Source: Escherichia phage p000y. From it: 64,000 nucleotides of DNA. Within the stretch, counting starts at the first letter, position 1. The number at the start of each line of letters is the position of its first letter. Below, in pieces: positions 62,794-64,000 of this stretch. Both the position numbers and the translations under genes were made by a program. The notes under the pieces are model-generated. The model was not told where the DNA came from and did no database searches. It saw nothing but the letters and a program-made list of their open reading frames with translations. Location: sequence record MK047718.1; one strand, 5' to 3'.

Positions 62794-63786
62794 ATGTTAC
62801 CTGTCGTCGGAAAACTTATTTCTCCAAAAGAACTGGCTGAGATTATTCCTTTGTCGGAAGCTTACGCATCACAAGTGGCTTCTCATCGCGAACAAGTTAA
62901 TTCGATTATGAACGGTGAAGACCCACGCAAACTTATTGTTGTAGGTCCTTGTTCAATTCATGACCCTATTGCTGCTGTTGAATACGGCAAACGTCTGGCT
63001 GAACTTCAAACTCGTCTTCCTAATGTTCTGTTAGTGATGCGCGTTTATTTTGAAAAGCCTCGAACTACCGTAGGTTGGAAAGGTCTTGTAAATGATCCAT
63101 ATCTTGACGGAAGTTTTGATATGAACCACGGTCTTATAGTTGCACGAACATTGTGTCGTAAACTTCTACGTATGGGACTTCCATTAGCAACTGAAGTATT
63201 AGACCCATTCACGATTAAGTATCTTTCTGGTATTTTCTCATGGGTTGCTATTGGCGCCCGTACGACTGAAAGTCAGACACATCGTGAAATTGCTTCAGGT
63301 CTACCGATGTGCGTAGGCTTCAAGAACGCAACCAATGGTTCTATTAAAGTAGCTACAGACGCGATGTATAGCGCCGCCTGGCCTCATCGGTATATGGGTA
63401 TGGACGTCGATGGTACTGTAGGCATTGTTGAAGCTGAAGGTAATCAGAATACGCATATCGTATTGCGTGGCGGGACCAACGGCCCGAACTATCATTCTTC
63501 TGATATTCAAGAAGCTTCTAACAAAGCAAGTGCAGTAGGTCTGAATCATTATGTAATGGTTGACTGTAGCCATGCAAACGCTGCTGGGCATTATAGCAAT
63601 CAAATTGGTATTGGTAAAAATTTAGCAGCTAATGATTTGGTCAAAGGAATTATGATAGAATCATTCCTACATGAAGGAAATCAAAAAATTTCTGATAATA
63701 TGTCCTATGGCGTTTCCGTTACCGATGCGTGCATCAGTTGGGAACAAACTAAAGAGCTGTTAACTTATATTAATAAGGTTCAATAA
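62794..63786 (+). CDS. 3-deoxy-D-arabino-heptulosonate-7-phosphate (DAHP) synthase, class I-alpha (AroF/G/H-like)
   Basis: 330 aa colinear with E. coli AroG. LIVVGPCSIHD, MRVYFEKPRTTVGWKGL.NDP, IGARTTESQ.HRE.ASGL, VGFKN, ILRGG, DCSHAN, MIESFLHEGNQ, SVTDACISWE. AAGGA SD. Confidence 0.9.
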   Translation: MLPVVGKLISPKELAEIIPLSEAYASQVASHREQVNSIMNGEDPRKLIVVGPCSIHDPIAAVEYGKRLAELQTRLPNVLLVMRVYFEKPRTTVGWKGLVNDPYLDGSFDMNHGLIVARTLCRKLLRMGLPLATEVLDPFTIKYLSGIFSWVAIGARTTESQTHREIASGLPMCVGFKNATNGSIKVATDAMYSAAWPHRYMGMDVDGTVGIVEAEGNQNTHIVLRGGTNGPNYHSSDIQEASNKASAVGLNHYVMVDCSHANAAGHYSNQIGIGKNLAANDLVKGIMIESFLHEGNQKISDNMSYGVSVTDACISWEQTKELLTYINKVQ

Positions 63787-64000
63787 TGAAAGCTAGCACA
63801 TATCTTCAAATTGCTTATTTGATTTCTCAAGAATCAAAATGTTGTTCATGGAAAGTTGGTGCCGTCATTGAAAAAGATGGACGCATTATTTCTACAGGTT
63901 ATAATGGCTCTCCTTCAGGTGGTACAAACTGTTGCGAACATGCATCCGAAAACGGTTGGTTGAAGAATAAACCAAGCCCGGTCATCGTTGCTGGGCATAA
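63786..64000 (+). CDS. cd: dCMP deaminase (3'-truncated by the window edge)
   Basis: TAATG overlap at 63786. MKASTYLQIAYLISQESKCCSWKVGAVIEKDGRIISTGYNGSP.GG.NCC matches the T4 Cd N-terminus. Confidence 0.9.
   Translation, partial: MKASTYLQIAYLISQESKCCSWKVGAVIEKDGRIISTGYNGSPSGGTNCCEHASENGWLKNKPSPVIVAGH

Overview
This window is a contiguous block of a T4-like (T-even / RB69-like) lytic myovirus genome, colinear with the T4 map. On the + strand are early/middle genes: a modification cluster, then uvsX-40-41-[dmd, sp accessory island]-61-56-soc-modA-modB-srd-dda-dexA-39-rIIA-rIIB-denB-ndd-52-motA-asiA. On the - strand is the late block 34-35-36-37-38-t. The + strand then resumes with rnh-dsbA-33-59-32-frd-td-nrdA-nrdB-denA-rnlA-alc-pseT-cd. 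Protein identities come from my recollection of T4 protein sequences and motifs; no searches were run. The DNA also shows about 25 T4-type early promoters (TTTACA-17-TATAAT), many embedded in stem-loops, plus MotA-box middle promoters, TATAAATA late promoters, ten C(UUCG)G-tetraloop terminators and the gene 32 operator. I found no tRNA, rRNA, CRISPR, integrase, transposase, intron or homing-endonuclease gene. The main finding is the 5.4-kb cluster at the left edge (1-5443), in the T4 gene 42 / beta-glucosyltransferase neighbourhood. It encodes a truncated nucleotidyltransferase-kinase fusion, a HAD phosphatase, a Cys-rich U32-family protein, a divergent dCMP-hydroxymethylase-like enzyme, an orphan 299-aa protein and a thymidylate-kinase-like kinase. 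Together with a GT-B glycosyltransferase at 25802-26902 and a DAHP synthase at 62794-63786, it looks like a cytosine hypermodification pathway that builds its own NDP-sugar donor. It may also use prephenate-dependent U32 chemistry. Other accessory content includes an anti-defence / superinfection-exclusion island between genes 41 and 61, an Arr-like ADP-ribosyltransferase candidate, tandem paralogues and small membrane peptides.
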